Assembly (NCBI GenBank): GCA_050115495.1
Contig: JASFQK010000034.1
Span: 16,083-80,082, forward strand
Length of the DNA stretch: 64,000 nucleotides
Origin: Phycisphaerae bacterium
Lineage (GTDB): Bacteria > Planctomycetota > Phycisphaerae > UBA1845 > Fen-1342
Reading direction: 5' to 3'
The position numbers and the translations under genes were made by a program. The notes beneath the pieces were generated by a model, which was given only the letters and a program-made list of their open reading frames with translations, was not told the origin of the DNA and ran no database searches. Shown one piece after another: positions 45,525 to 54,995 of the stretch (position 1 is the first letter of the stretch; every line of letters starts with the position of its first letter).

Positions 45525-47876
45525 ATGGCCGGCGCACGAGGCATTCGAGCGGGCCGGGCGTACGTCGAGCTCGGCGTGAACGACAAGATCGCCGCCGGGC
45601 TCAAGGCGGCCCAGCGCCGGCTGCAGGCGTTCGGGGCCAGCGTGCGTTCGATCGGGCAGAGGATGGTGGCCGTCAGCGCCGGTGCGGCTATCCCGCTAGC
45701 GCTCAGCGGGAAGGTGTTCGCCAACTTCGAACAGAAGATGGCCCGCGTCCAGGCGCTCACCGGGGCAACGGGGAAGGACTTCGAACGTCTCGCGACCGAG
45801 GCCAAGCGCCTCGGCGAGACCACGGTCTTCTCGGCCAGCCAGGCCGCCGAGGCGATGAGCTTCTTTGCCTTGGCGGGGTACGACGTCGAGAAGATCCTCA
45901 CAGCCATCGGGCCGACCCTGAACCTCGCCGCCGCCGGGCAGCTTGAGATCGCCCAGGCTGCGGACATCGCCGCCAAGATCATGGCCGGCATGGGCCTGGA
46001 GGCTGACCAGCTCGGCTACGCCGTGGACGTGCTGACCAAGGCCATGACGACGGCCAACACCGACCTCAATCAACTCGGCGACGCCATGAAATTCGTCGGG
46101 CCGATCGCCAAGTCGGCTGGGATCGCTTTTGAGGAAGTCGTCGCCGCGGTCCAGTTGCTGTCGAACGCGGGCATCCAGGGCGAGATGGCCGGCACCACGC
46201 TGCGCGGGGCGATCCTGGCCCTGACCAGCCCGAGCAGTGAGGCTGCCGACGTGCTGAAGGAGCTCGGCGTCAGCGTCACCGACGCGAGCGGCAACGTCCG
46301 GCCGCTGGCCGACATCATCGGCCAACTGAACCGGGCGATGGAGGGCATGGGCAGCGGCCAGAAGCTGGACATCCTCGGGCGGATCTTCCCGGCCCGCACT
46401 GCCGCCGGCGTGGCCGAGCTCCTGTCGCAGGGCGCGGATAAGCTGCGCGAGTACACCGCCGCTCTCGGCGAGTCGGGCGGGACCGCAGCCAAGATCGCCG
46501 GCACGCAGCTCAACACGCTCCAGGGCAACGCGACGATTCTGAAGAGCGCCATCGAGGGGCTGGCGATCGCCGTCGGCGAATCGCTCGGCGGCCCACTGCG
46601 CGTGGTCATCGACGCCGTCACACGCGTCGTCGGGCAATTCGCCCAGTGGATTCGCGCGAACCGCGAGCTCGTCGTCATGGTCTCGGCGGCGGTCGTAGGC
46701 GTCGGAGCCCTCGGCGCCGGGCTTGTAGGGCTCGGCGTGGCCGCTCAGGCGGCGGGCTTCGTACTCGGCGGGCTGGGCACGATCCTGGTCGCCGTGAAGG
46801 CGGCCCTGATCGCGACTACGGCCGTGCTCGCCGCGATGGCTTCACCGATCGGCCTGGTGGTGACGGCCGCCGCAACGCTGGGAACGGCACTGGTCGTGTA
46901 CAGCGGTGCCGGAGCGGACGCGCTGGCTTGGCTGGGCGAGACGTGGGGGTGGCTGCGTGATACCGCGTCGAAGGTGCTCAAGGGCATCTCCGACGCCCTC
47001 GCCGCTGGCGACATGCAGCTCGCCGCGCAGGTGATGTGGGCGGGGCTGCGGGTGGTCTGGAAAACCGGGGTCGGCGCGCTGAACAAGGCGTGGCTGGCTG
47101 CGAAGCAGTTCTTTGTCAGAATTGCGTACGACATGTGGTACGGGGCGCAGGCGGCCTTCGAGATCGGTTGCCACGGAATCAAGATTGCGTGGGTAGAGAC
47201 CACGGCGTTCATGTCTCGCATGTGGTACGGCATCGTTGACGGCATCAAGGACGCATGGAATGCGGTAGAGCACTGGCTCCAAGTCCGTTGGATCAAGCTG
47301 AAGTATGCGTACTTCTTGCTCTCTGACGAGCAGAAGCAGGCTGCAATAGCGCTTGTTGATCAGCAATACGCCGCGAAATCGGAAGGGGCGAAGAGCGAGA
47401 GCGCGGCCGCGCTCGACCAGCTTGAGGCCGATCGAAAAGCTGCCCTGCAGAAAGAAAGCGATTTCCATCAGTCCGAGCTCGAGCGCATCGGCCAAGCCGA
47501 TCGAGAAGCCTCTGAATCGCTCGGTAAGGAAACGGACGCCGCAACCAAGGCTGCTGAAGATGCCCTCGCCCAAGCCAAGGCCGACCTGGACGCCGCTCTG
47601 AAGGCCGCGGCGAAAGCTCGCGAGGAAGCCGGCCTGCCGGCTGCCCCTGGTCGCCCGGCGGCTGTTGCGCTGCCGAACATGGACGACGTCGCCGCCAGGG
47701 TCGCCAACGCGATCGCCCCGCAGACCAGCGCCGCCGGCACGTTCAACCCGTTCGCGGTTCAAGGTCTTGGCCCCAGCTCTGTCGCCGAACGCACGCTCAA
47801 GGCGACGGAGGACGTCGTGAAAGGCGTCAAGCGAGTTGAAGAGAAGCTGGACGTCATCAAGTTCTCGCACGGGTAG
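45525..47876 (+). CDS. Tail tape measure protein (TP901-type core)
   Basis: AGRAYVEL, FEQKMARVQA.TGAT, TTVFSASQAAEAM, AGIQGEMAGT.LR. Ala/Gly-rich with TM-like stretch. Confidence 0.93.
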   Translation: MAGARGIRAGRAYVELGVNDKIAAGLKAAQRRLQAFGASVRSIGQRMVAVSAGAAIPLALSGKVFANFEQKMARVQALTGATGKDFERLATEAKRLGETTVFSASQAAEAMSFFALAGYDVEKILTAIGPTLNLAAAGQLEIAQAADIAAKIMAGMGLEADQLGYAVDVLTKAMTTANTDLNQLGDAMKFVGPIAKSAGIAFEEVVAAVQLLSNAGIQGEMAGTTLRGAILALTSPSSEAADVLKELGVSVTDASGNVRPLADIIGQLNRAMEGMGSGQKLDILGRIFPARTAAGVAELLSQGADKLREYTAALGESGGTAAKIAGTQLNTLQGNATILKSAIEGLAIAVGESLGGPLRVVIDAVTRVVGQFAQWIRANRELVVMVSAAVVGVGALGAGLVGLGVAAQAAGFVLGGLGTILVAVKAALIATTAVLAAMASPIGLVVTAAATLGTALVVYSGAGADALAWLGETWGWLRDTASKVLKGISDALAAGDMQLAAQVMWAGLRVVWKTGVGALNKAWLAAKQFFVRIAYDMWYGAQAAFEIGCHGIKIAWVETTAFMSRMWYGIVDGIKDAWNAVEHWLQVRWIKLKYAYFLLSDEQKQAAIALVDQQYAAKSEGAKSESAAALDQLEADRKAALQKESDFHQSELERIGQADREASESLGKETDAATKAAEDALAQAKADLDAALKAAAKAREEAGLPAAPGRPAAVALPNMDDVAARVANAIAPQTSAAGTFNPFAVQGLGPSSVAERTLKATEDVVKGVKRVEEKLDVIKFSHG

Positions 47877-47884
47877 GGTTCAAT

Positions 47885-48724
47885 ATGGCGGTCACTCTGG
47901 AAGAGTTGCGGGAAAGTCAGCGCGTGACCACCGGCGAGAACGCGACCGCCGAGTTGCGCTACATGATCTTCGGGGCGTCAAGCGATCTGGAAGCCAGGAT
48001 CGAATTGCTGACCACCACGCCGGCTACGTTTGACCTCTACGGGGACGGCGCAGTCTTGCTGTCCCGTCAGTACGTCGGGATTGAGCCAGTGAGCGATGCC
48101 CGGTGGCAAGGCACAGCCTACTACGCTCGCGGCCGCGTGACCGGGCAGCAGAGCTTCCGCTTCGACATGACGAGCGGGACCGAGCACAAGACCCACTCGA
48201 TTGCAACGATCGGAATGTACACGGCCAGCGTTGAGGATCCGGCCGAGAACTTCAAGAACGCGATCGGCGTTGGCGACGGACAGCCCGAAGGCGTCGACAT
48301 CGAAATGCCGGTATTCAAGTTCGAGGTGCCGCGGTACGTCCCGAACTCGGCGATAACGGCGGCCTACATCCGCGCCCTCTACTACCTGCGCGGCAGCGCG
48401 AACAATGACGCGTTCTCGGTGACGCTGCCGCACGGTGAGGTCCTCGGGTTCAACGCCGATGAAGTGCTGTTTCTGGGGGCGGTGGGTGCGCCGCGCCACT
48501 GCGCTGCTGATTGGGACATCAATTTCCACTTCGCCGCCAGCCCGAACGTGACCGACTTGCAGGTCGGGGACATCACGGGCATCACCAAGAAGGGCTGGGA
48601 ATATCTCTGGGTCCATTTCCGCGAGAAAGAGGCCGCGTCCGGCCGGGCGATCGTGGTCCCGAGGTGGGCGTACGTTGAGCGAGTCCGTTCGCGCGGCAGC
48701 TTCAGCGTCCTGGGGATTACGTAG
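47885..48724 (+). CDS. Putative distal tail/hub protein
   Basis: Directly after the tape measure. GEVL.F.GA.G, I.KKGWEYLWV. Confidence 0.6.
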   Translation: MAVTLEELRESQRVTTGENATAELRYMIFGASSDLEARIELLTTTPATFDLYGDGAVLLSRQYVGIEPVSDARWQGTAYYARGRVTGQQSFRFDMTSGTEHKTHSIATIGMYTASVEDPAENFKNAIGVGDGQPEGVDIEMPVFKFEVPRYVPNSAITAAYIRALYYLRGSANNDAFSVTLPHGEVLGFNADEVLFLGAVGAPRHCAADWDINFHFAASPNVTDLQVGDITGITKKGWEYLWVHFREKEAASGRAIVVPRWAYVERVRSRGSFSVLGIT

Positions 48725-49557
48725 TGGCCAATCTCTCGAAGGTCAACCCGGGAGACGTCCTCAACATCCCGGCGTCGGCGTACAACGCTTTCGTCGACGC
48801 GGCCGCCGCACACCAGCAGCGGCAGTTCAACGTAGGCGGCGCCCCGCGAAGCAACTTTCGCCAGACGGGCATCGTCTCCGTCCGCAACGACACCGGCGCG
48901 GTCTGCCCGCGGTTCGGCGTGCTCGGGATCTCCGGGCCGCTGATCTGGCCGAGCGACGACGCCGACGCCTTCAAGGAGCGCGTCGTCCTGACCGGCACCA
49001 CGCCGACGGCAGCACACGTCGGGCGGTTCGTCGTGACGCTCGAACCGATCCCGATCGGCGGGATCGGCCGGGCGTTCGTCGACGGCGTCTGCGTCGCCCG
49101 GGTCACGATCGACTCCGAGCTGCACGCCTGCGCCGACGTCTCCGCCGGCGTGGTCGCGTCGCTGAAGAGCTGCGCGGTCGGCAGTGCCCGGATGCTGTGG
49201 GTCCAGGACGCCGAGCACCGGTCGGGCTCGGTGGCCTGGTGCGTCGTGCAGCTCGGCCCCGCCGTGAATGGGCCGATCCACGTGCAGTGCAAATGCGACG
49301 GCGGCTCCGCCGGCAACGCGACGACCGCCTGCACGTACACGTACGCGATCTTTACCGAGGGGGCGCCGGAGCTAACCGCCGACTACCGGCTCGCCGAAGA
49401 GCTGACCCCGCAGTACGGCCGGACGTCGGTCGGGCAGTTCGTGGCGGCGGACGACGGCAGTCTGGGACTGGCCTCGTACATCGCCGGCGAGTGGAAGCTG
49501 TGGTTCGTGGGCGGCGAACGGCCGCCGACGAAGAAGTGTGAAGTGACCGAGAGCTGA
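48724..49557 (+). CDS. Putative tail-tip protein
   Basis: V.PGD.L.I.A..YN, VRNDTG....RFGVLGI, EPI..G.IGRA...GV. Coupled to the upstream gene. Confidence 0.55.
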   Translation: MANLSKVNPGDVLNIPASAYNAFVDAAAAHQQRQFNVGGAPRSNFRQTGIVSVRNDTGAVCPRFGVLGISGPLIWPSDDADAFKERVVLTGTTPTAAHVGRFVVTLEPIPIGGIGRAFVDGVCVARVTIDSELHACADVSAGVVASLKSCAVGSARMLWVQDAEHRSGSVAWCVVQLGPAVNGPIHVQCKCDGGSAGNATTACTYTYAIFTEGAPELTADYRLAEELTPQYGRTSVGQFVAADDGSLGLASYIAGEWKLWFVGGERPPTKKCEVTES

Positions 49558-49558
49558 T

Positions 49559-50161
49559 ATGTCAGGTGAGCGCGTCATCGTGGCCGGTACCGGCGAGCTC
49601 CTGCTCGGACCGAACGGCGAACGGCTCCTGTCGGAGCCGGGAGCCGACCCGTGCTGTGGCTCCGCGCCCGGCCTACCGTGCCCGTACTGCGAGAACACGC
49701 CGGCCCATCGGACGCTCCTGCTTTCCGGGCCGATCACGCTGTGCGGGTGCCGCGTGGTGGGCCTGACGAGCTACTACTACACGGAGATCGTGGGCAACTT
49801 CCTCGGCACGCACGTACTGCCCCAGGACCCCCACAATCGATGCCGCTGGTTCGCACAGCTCCCGGGTGTCAGCCTGCACTTCAGGTGGTATCCGCTCTCG
49901 ATGGACTGCAGCGGCTACTACGAGGAGGGCTACTTCGATTATGTCTGTGCCTCCATCGAGTTGACCGCGACCGAGGTCATCATCCGTGCGTGGGAACACC
50001 AGAGCCCGCCGTACCGGGCGTTCTTCTCGTACACCGGCCCTCGGGGAGACGCGTGCGTAGAGAGCGGCCCGCACGCGAACCAGATCACGTGCGGCGGCTC
50101 GTTGTCCTGGGGGATTCCGGTGGCCACCGGCGGCTTAGCCTCGCAGGAGGCCGGGTCGTGA
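49559..50161 (+). CDS. Cys-rich hypothetical tail-region protein
   Basis: 11 Cys in 200 aa, coupled in the operon. Confidence 0.55.
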   Translation: MSGERVIVAGTGELLLGPNGERLLSEPGADPCCGSAPGLPCPYCENTPAHRTLLLSGPITLCGCRVVGLTSYYYTEIVGNFLGTHVLPQDPHNRCRWFAQLPGVSLHFRWYPLSMDCSGYYEEGYFDYVCASIELTATEVIIRAWEHQSPPYRAFFSYTGPRGDACVESGPHANQITCGGSLSWGIPVATGGLASQEAGS

Positions 50162-50499
50162 GACGCAAGCCGTGGCTCGAGACGTCCTTCTGCCGCAAGC
50201 GGATCGCCTGCCGTGACTGTCGGCGTCCGGGCCCGACGGGCGACGCCTGGCGCGACCGCGAGGGAGCCCCCGAAACCTGCCCGTACCGTGTGACGGCCGA
50301 CACGCTGCCCGAACCGTTCGCGACGCCGGCCACCAGCCCGGAACTCTGCCCGGCGGCCGGCGCCGCGTGCGACCACTGGCGAGCCCGGAAATGCCACCTC
50401 GACCCCGCCGACACGCGGTGCCTGTCAGACCTCCGCTTCAAGGGGCCGGCCGGCGACTGCCCGCTGAGCTGGCAGGCGGAGCGAGCGGCTACGGCCTAG
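50158..50499 (+). CDS. Small Cys-rich hypothetical protein, last late gene
   Basis: AGGAGG RBS, GTGA overlap, 9 Cys, ends CPLSW. Confidence 0.55.
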   Translation: MRRKPWLETSFCRKRIACRDCRRPGPTGDAWRDREGAPETCPYRVTADTLPEPFATPATSPELCPAAGAACDHWRARKCHLDPADTRCLSDLRFKGPAGDCPLSWQAERAATA

Positions 50500-50509
50500 C
50501 GCCGCCGCC

Positions 50510-53209
50510 TTAAACCTCGAATACCTTCAACACCTCGTCCCCGTAGTGGTTGATCACCTTAATCGCGATCTTGCCGGTCTCGGGTGCCGGGAACGGGCGG
50601 CTGGTCGTGCTGTACAGGCTGCTCCAGGCGTCCTCGTCGATCTCGGCCCGCAGCGCCCGCTTGAGCTTCTGATACGGCTCCTCCGCGCCGGTGAAGTACG
50701 CGTGCCGGACAAAGAAGCTCTCGCCGTTGTAGTTCGTGTCGATGAACCAGCAGGCGATATCGTCGGTGGACGACGAGCGGATCGCGCCCGTCGTCGGGTC
50801 GTACACGTCCACGCCCTTGATCTCGACCTCCAGCCACTCCGCGTCGCCCTCGGCCGGCGCGGCCACCCGCCGAATCTCGACATCCGGTTCGCCGAAGACC
50901 ATGAACAGGTTCCCCGCCCCGGTCTTCTTCAGCAGCTCGTCGCCCATCGCCAGGTCGGGGTTCATTTTCGTCGGCAGGACCGTCAGCTTGCCGTAGCGCT
51001 TCGCCTCTTCGCTCACGTGCGGATCGAAAGCGAAGCCACAGACGATCAGCACGTCGTAGCCGATGCCCTGCACGGCCTCCTTGGCGGCCTCCTTGACTTG
51101 ATTCGGCCCGACCGTCCCGTGCTCCGGGCCAAGCGAGACGGCCACGCGACGGACCTTGCCCTCGCCGTCGGTGTACTCGCCCGCCGCGTGCAGCCACCGC
51201 CCGGCCAGCGGCTCCAGCGTGTCGAACTTCAGCCGCTCGTTCTTGCGGGTGTTCTGCACGCCGGCCTTGCGCAGGTTTTCCAGGATCATCCGGGCGAAGT
51301 CCTGCTGCTTGCGGGCCTCCTGTTCGCTGACCGTGCCGTCGAAATCGTCATCCGCGGCGGGCAGCACGCGGTGTGGCGACAGGCTCTCCACCGTGAACGG
51401 CCCGCTCACGCGGACGCGCTTGTTGTCCACGTACGGCTGGTCGTACAGCAGCTCCTGTTCGGCGTGGCGGGCGATGGCAGCGTCGATCTGGGCCCGCGTC
51501 ATGCCCCCCTTGATGTCCGGGTTGTTGGCGATGCTCTTGAGCGTGACGTGCGGCACGCGCTTGTAGACGAAGCCCTTGCGGATGTCGCCCTCGGTCGCGT
51601 GCGGCGGCGGCCGTTGGCCGGTGATCTCGGCTTCCTTCTCGATGCCTTCGGGCGAGTCGGCCAGCAGGTAGTACGGGTAACGCGCAGCCATGATGCGTGT
51701 GCGCGCCAGCGCCAGCGCAACGCGCGAGGTGTCGATCGTGATCCACCGTCGGCCCCATTGCTCGGCGACGTAGGCAGTCGTGCCGCTCCCGCAGGTCGGG
51801 TCGAGCACAAGGTCGCCTGGGTCGGTGGTCATCAACAGACAGCGTTCGATGACCTTGGTGGACGTTTCAACGACGTAGCGTTTGTCGGACGCGAACCCAG
51901 CGACAACAGTATCACCCCAGATGTCACCGATCGGGAACGCCGGGAAGTCGTCGATGTAACGAACGTAGTAGAGGCCGGTCGTTGTCGCCGCGAGGCGCCG
52001 CGCGCATTTCAGCGAAGCCATGCCGGCTTCGTTCGTTTTCCATCGGCTCCGCTGGTTGGGACGCCACTCTTTGCCGTCGTGCTCAACAGGGAACCAGCAG
52101 GAGGCGCCCTCTCCCTTTTCGCGCCCAATGCTCTGGCTCTGCAGGTTATCCAAGCGGTAGACACGTGCGCCCGAGGGGATCACCGTTGGATTCGCTTTCT
52201 CGTCCGGGGTCATGCGACGGCGTGTTCCATCGCAAAGCTCAAGGAATGCGTATGGACCACCCGCCTCTGACGCGACGCTCTTCTCGCGGTATGGCTGCCG
52301 GAACTTCGTTGTCACCTTGTTCTTCGCGTAGAGCAACAAGAAATCTGACATGCCCCCGAGGAATTCGCGCGTTGAGCCACTCGTCTTGGCAAACGTTATG
52401 TTGGCGATGAAGTTCTCGACGCCGAACACTTCGTCCATGACAGACCGAACAAGGTGGACGTTTTCATCACCGATCTGCACGAAGATCGCACCTGTCTCGG
52501 TGAGCAGTTCACGGGCGACAACGAACCGGTCGCGCAGGTACGCCAAATAAGAGTGAATGCCGAGCTTCCAGGTGTCGCGAAACGCACGAATCTGTTCCGG
52601 CTCGCGCGTCGCATCCTCGACCTTGCCATCCTTCACGTCGCGTTTGCGCGTGCTGACCTGCCAGTTCGACGCGAACTTGATCCCGTATGGCGGGTCGAGG
52701 TAGATGCACTGGACCTTGCCCTTGAGGCCCTCCTTCTCGGCTAGGCTGGTCATGACCATCAGCGAGTCGCCAAGGATCATGCGGTTCGTCCAGCTCTGCT
52801 CGTGCTGGTAGAACTCGACGCGGTGGTCGAAGGCCTCGATGCCGTTGAAGTCGGCGAACAGATCAAGCTGCTGTGGTTCCGCCGCGGCCTCGTCCGCGCG
52901 TCGGCGGCGGGCTTCAGCGAGCAAATCGTCCACGATCGCCTGGGGGTGAATCTTCTCCTGGATGTAGACCGGTACGACCGGCACCGCCAGGTCGGCAGCG
53001 TCCTGCTGGTCCTTGCCCTTCCAGACAAGCTGCGGGTCGAGCGACGGATCGCGCGGGTAGAGCATCGTCTGTGGCGCCGCCTCGTCCTCAGCCACAAAGT
53101 CGCGCAGCTCCTCGGTCGGGATATTGGCGCGCTTGTCCTTGTGCTTGATCGCCTCGACCGACGCCGCTCGCTGGCCGTTGTTCTTTCGGGTCGTCTTCTT
53201 ACGTGCCAT
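50510..53209 (-). CDS. mod: Type III R-M methyltransferase subunit (Mod)
   Basis: NRMILGDSL, KGKVQCIYLDPPYGI, IFVQIGDEN, VLDPTCGSGTT (beta-class order). Confidence 0.9.
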   Translation of the reverse strand: MARKKTTRKNNGQRAASVEAIKHKDKRANIPTEELRDFVAEDEAAPQTMLYPRDPSLDPQLVWKGKDQQDAADLAVPVVPVYIQEKIHPQAIVDDLLAEARRRRADEAAAEPQQLDLFADFNGIEAFDHRVEFYQHEQSWTNRMILGDSLMVMTSLAEKEGLKGKVQCIYLDPPYGIKFASNWQVSTRKRDVKDGKVEDATREPEQIRAFRDTWKLGIHSYLAYLRDRFVVARELLTETGAIFVQIGDENVHLVRSVMDEVFGVENFIANITFAKTSGSTREFLGGMSDFLLLYAKNKVTTKFRQPYREKSVASEAGGPYAFLELCDGTRRRMTPDEKANPTVIPSGARVYRLDNLQSQSIGREKGEGASCWFPVEHDGKEWRPNQRSRWKTNEAGMASLKCARRLAATTTGLYYVRYIDDFPAFPIGDIWGDTVVAGFASDKRYVVETSTKVIERCLLMTTDPGDLVLDPTCGSGTTAYVAEQWGRRWITIDTSRVALALARTRIMAARYPYYLLADSPEGIEKEAEITGQRPPPHATEGDIRKGFVYKRVPHVTLKSIANNPDIKGGMTRAQIDAAIARHAEQELLYDQPYVDNKRVRVSGPFTVESLSPHRVLPAADDDFDGTVSEQEARKQQDFARMILENLRKAGVQNTRKNERLKFDTLEPLAGRWLHAAGEYTDGEGKVRRVAVSLGPEHGTVGPNQVKEAAKEAVQGIGYDVLIVCGFAFDPHVSEEAKRYGKLTVLPTKMNPDLAMGDELLKKTGAGNLFMVFGEPDVEIRRVAAPAEGDAEWLEVEIKGVDVYDPTTGAIRSSSTDDIACWFIDTNYNGESFFVRHAYFTGAEEPYQKLKRALRAEIDEDAWSSLYSTTSRPFPAPETGKIAIKVINHYGDEVLKVFEV

Positions 53210-53225
53210 CCGCTACCTCACGAGC

Positions 53226-54995
53226 TCATTCATCGAATGCTTCAATGGCGGCTTGCACCCGGGCCATGCACTTCTCGAACGCAGCCTTGCCCCACGTGGT
53301 GGAGTCCCAGAACGTCAGGAACCTGTGGTGGTGCCCGGTCTGCTTGAAGAACACGGAGACATCAACTGCTGACGCGCCTGCCCCGGCGTTGTGCCGGTAG
53401 TACCGCAGCATTACGTCGAATGCCGTGCCGATGGCCTCAGACAGATCACTGACCATCTCACGCTGGCGCTCCCACAATTGTCGAAACGCCCTGGCCTTAC
53501 GGGTAGCCCGCACCATAGGAGCCAGTCTGCTCCAGACGAAATGCAGCGTGTGCCACTGAGCATAGCGCAGTTCTCTGTCGCTGCGGGCACAATAGGCGAC
53601 CTCGCGCCTGAGCGCATAGCGAGCCAGGTAGAAGTTTGGGTCTGTGTTGGGAAACACCTTCGGGTACGAGCTTTCCTCGAACAGCTCTTCCTTTCCCTTG
53701 CGAACGATCGCCGGGTCCATTTCGCAGGCTGCGACGGCTTGCGCAATCTCGTCCTTCTTGATGGGGCGGTAGTGCTTGCCAGGCGCGCTGCGCCGGGCTT
53801 CGCCCTTGCTCTGACGCTTGCGGATGTAGAGGTAGCCGAGCTTGCGGAAGGACCGCTCCAGTTCGATCTGGATGCGGTCGTTCGACATGAGGTCGGACGC
53901 AGTGATTTTGTTCTGCCAGTTCGTGCCAGCGACGATCCGGGACACGAGCGCTTCGAAGCCATTGGAACCGCCATCGGGGCGGCGCGGCACGCGGATCACC
54001 TTGACCAGCACGCTGGCGTTACGCGCGTCGGTCGCGTGGGCGGCCAGCGTGCGGGTGGTCTGCTGACCGTTGATGATCTGTGGATTGCTGACCTGCAGAA
54101 TGTCCTTGCCCTGGCGGCTCTTCTTCTCGGCCTCGTCGCAGATGATCGTAATGCCGTTGTTGTAATAGAAGAACTTCCCGGGCTCGGATTTCAACGTGGC
54201 GACCATGTTGCGGTTCACGTCCGTGCCGGCCCCGAGGTAGCCACGGATGTTGCGGGCGAAGATGCGCGGCCCGGCGAAGTCGAACAGCGTGGCCACGGCA
54301 TCGCCGCACATGGAGAAGACCCAGGATTCAATCTTGTTCAGGTCGTCGTATCGCTGGGATACCCCATTGACGGTGACGTTCGCGCTCTTCTCCATCTCAA
54401 GATCGAGCGTGGGGATCGGGGGAGCCACGCCGTCGAGGTAATCGCGGAATAGCACCATTGCCCGCGCACCGTCGATGAATTCGACACGGGCGTCGCAGCG
54501 CGCCTTGCGGACGATCTGCTCGGCGTCCCTGCGGGTCGACGCGCTGAGTTTGCCAAGCGTCACAAAATACGTCATGACGCGGTAGTTTTGCTGGGTGACC
54601 CGCTTGCGGGCATCTTTGAGCAGGTTCGCGGAATACGGCTCCATGTTGGCAGTGAACTGCTGGAAGACCCGTGCGTCGCCGTTCCAGACCTGCGAGGCTG
54701 TACTGGCAAAGCTGATCACGTCGTCGCGTTTCTCGGTCGTGCTGGCGAGCTTCTTGCGGTACTTGGCCTGAACAAGAAAGACGACGCGCGCAGCATCGTC
54801 GATCAGCAAGCCGTCGATGCCTTTGTCCCTTGAGCCGCCCGCGACAGCCTCTGCTGCTCGTTCCTCGCTTTCGGTCACGTATGCGCGGAAGAACCAGAGA
54901 ACGAAACGGTCATCATCCGACAGGTTGGGGAACCGCGAGCCAATGTCCTCGATGGCCGCGTTGAGGTCCTGAAGCGTCAGCTTCTCGTGGTTCAT
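53226..54995 (-). CDS. AIPR family (abortive infection phage resistance) protein with an N-terminal PD-(D/E)xK-like segment
   Basis: DKGIDG...VQAKY, FARNIRGYLG, FFYYNNGITIIC, PQIINGQQT, TNWQN.I...DL.SND. Confidence 0.85.
   Translation of the reverse strand: MNHEKLTLQDLNAAIEDIGSRFPNLSDDDRFVLWFFRAYVTESEERAAEAVAGGSRDKGIDGLLIDDAARVVFLVQAKYRKKLASTTEKRDDVISFASTASQVWNGDARVFQQFTANMEPYSANLLKDARKRVTQQNYRVMTYFVTLGKLSASTRRDAEQIVRKARCDARVEFIDGARAMVLFRDYLDGVAPPIPTLDLEMEKSANVTVNGVSQRYDDLNKIESWVFSMCGDAVATLFDFAGPRIFARNIRGYLGAGTDVNRNMVATLKSEPGKFFYYNNGITIICDEAEKKSRQGKDILQVSNPQIINGQQTTRTLAAHATDARNASVLVKVIRVPRRPDGGSNGFEALVSRIVAGTNWQNKITASDLMSNDRIQIELERSFRKLGYLYIRKRQSKGEARRSAPGKHYRPIKKDEIAQAVAACEMDPAIVRKGKEELFEESSYPKVFPNTDPNFYLARYALRREVAYCARSDRELRYAQWHTLHFVWSRLAPMVRATRKARAFRQLWERQREMVSDLSEAIGTAFDVMLRYYRHNAGAGASAVDVSVFFKQTGHHHRFLTFWDSTTWGKAAFEKCMARVQAAIEAFDE

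Larger units (their letters stand above)
6866..50499 (+). mobile_element. Integrated temperate siphovirus-like prophage; right boundary not located, so the R-M and Rhs genes may be cargo
   Basis: tRNA-adjacent integrase followed by replication, terminase, portal, capsid, tail tube, chaperone and tape-measure genes in a coherent order. Confidence 0.9.
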
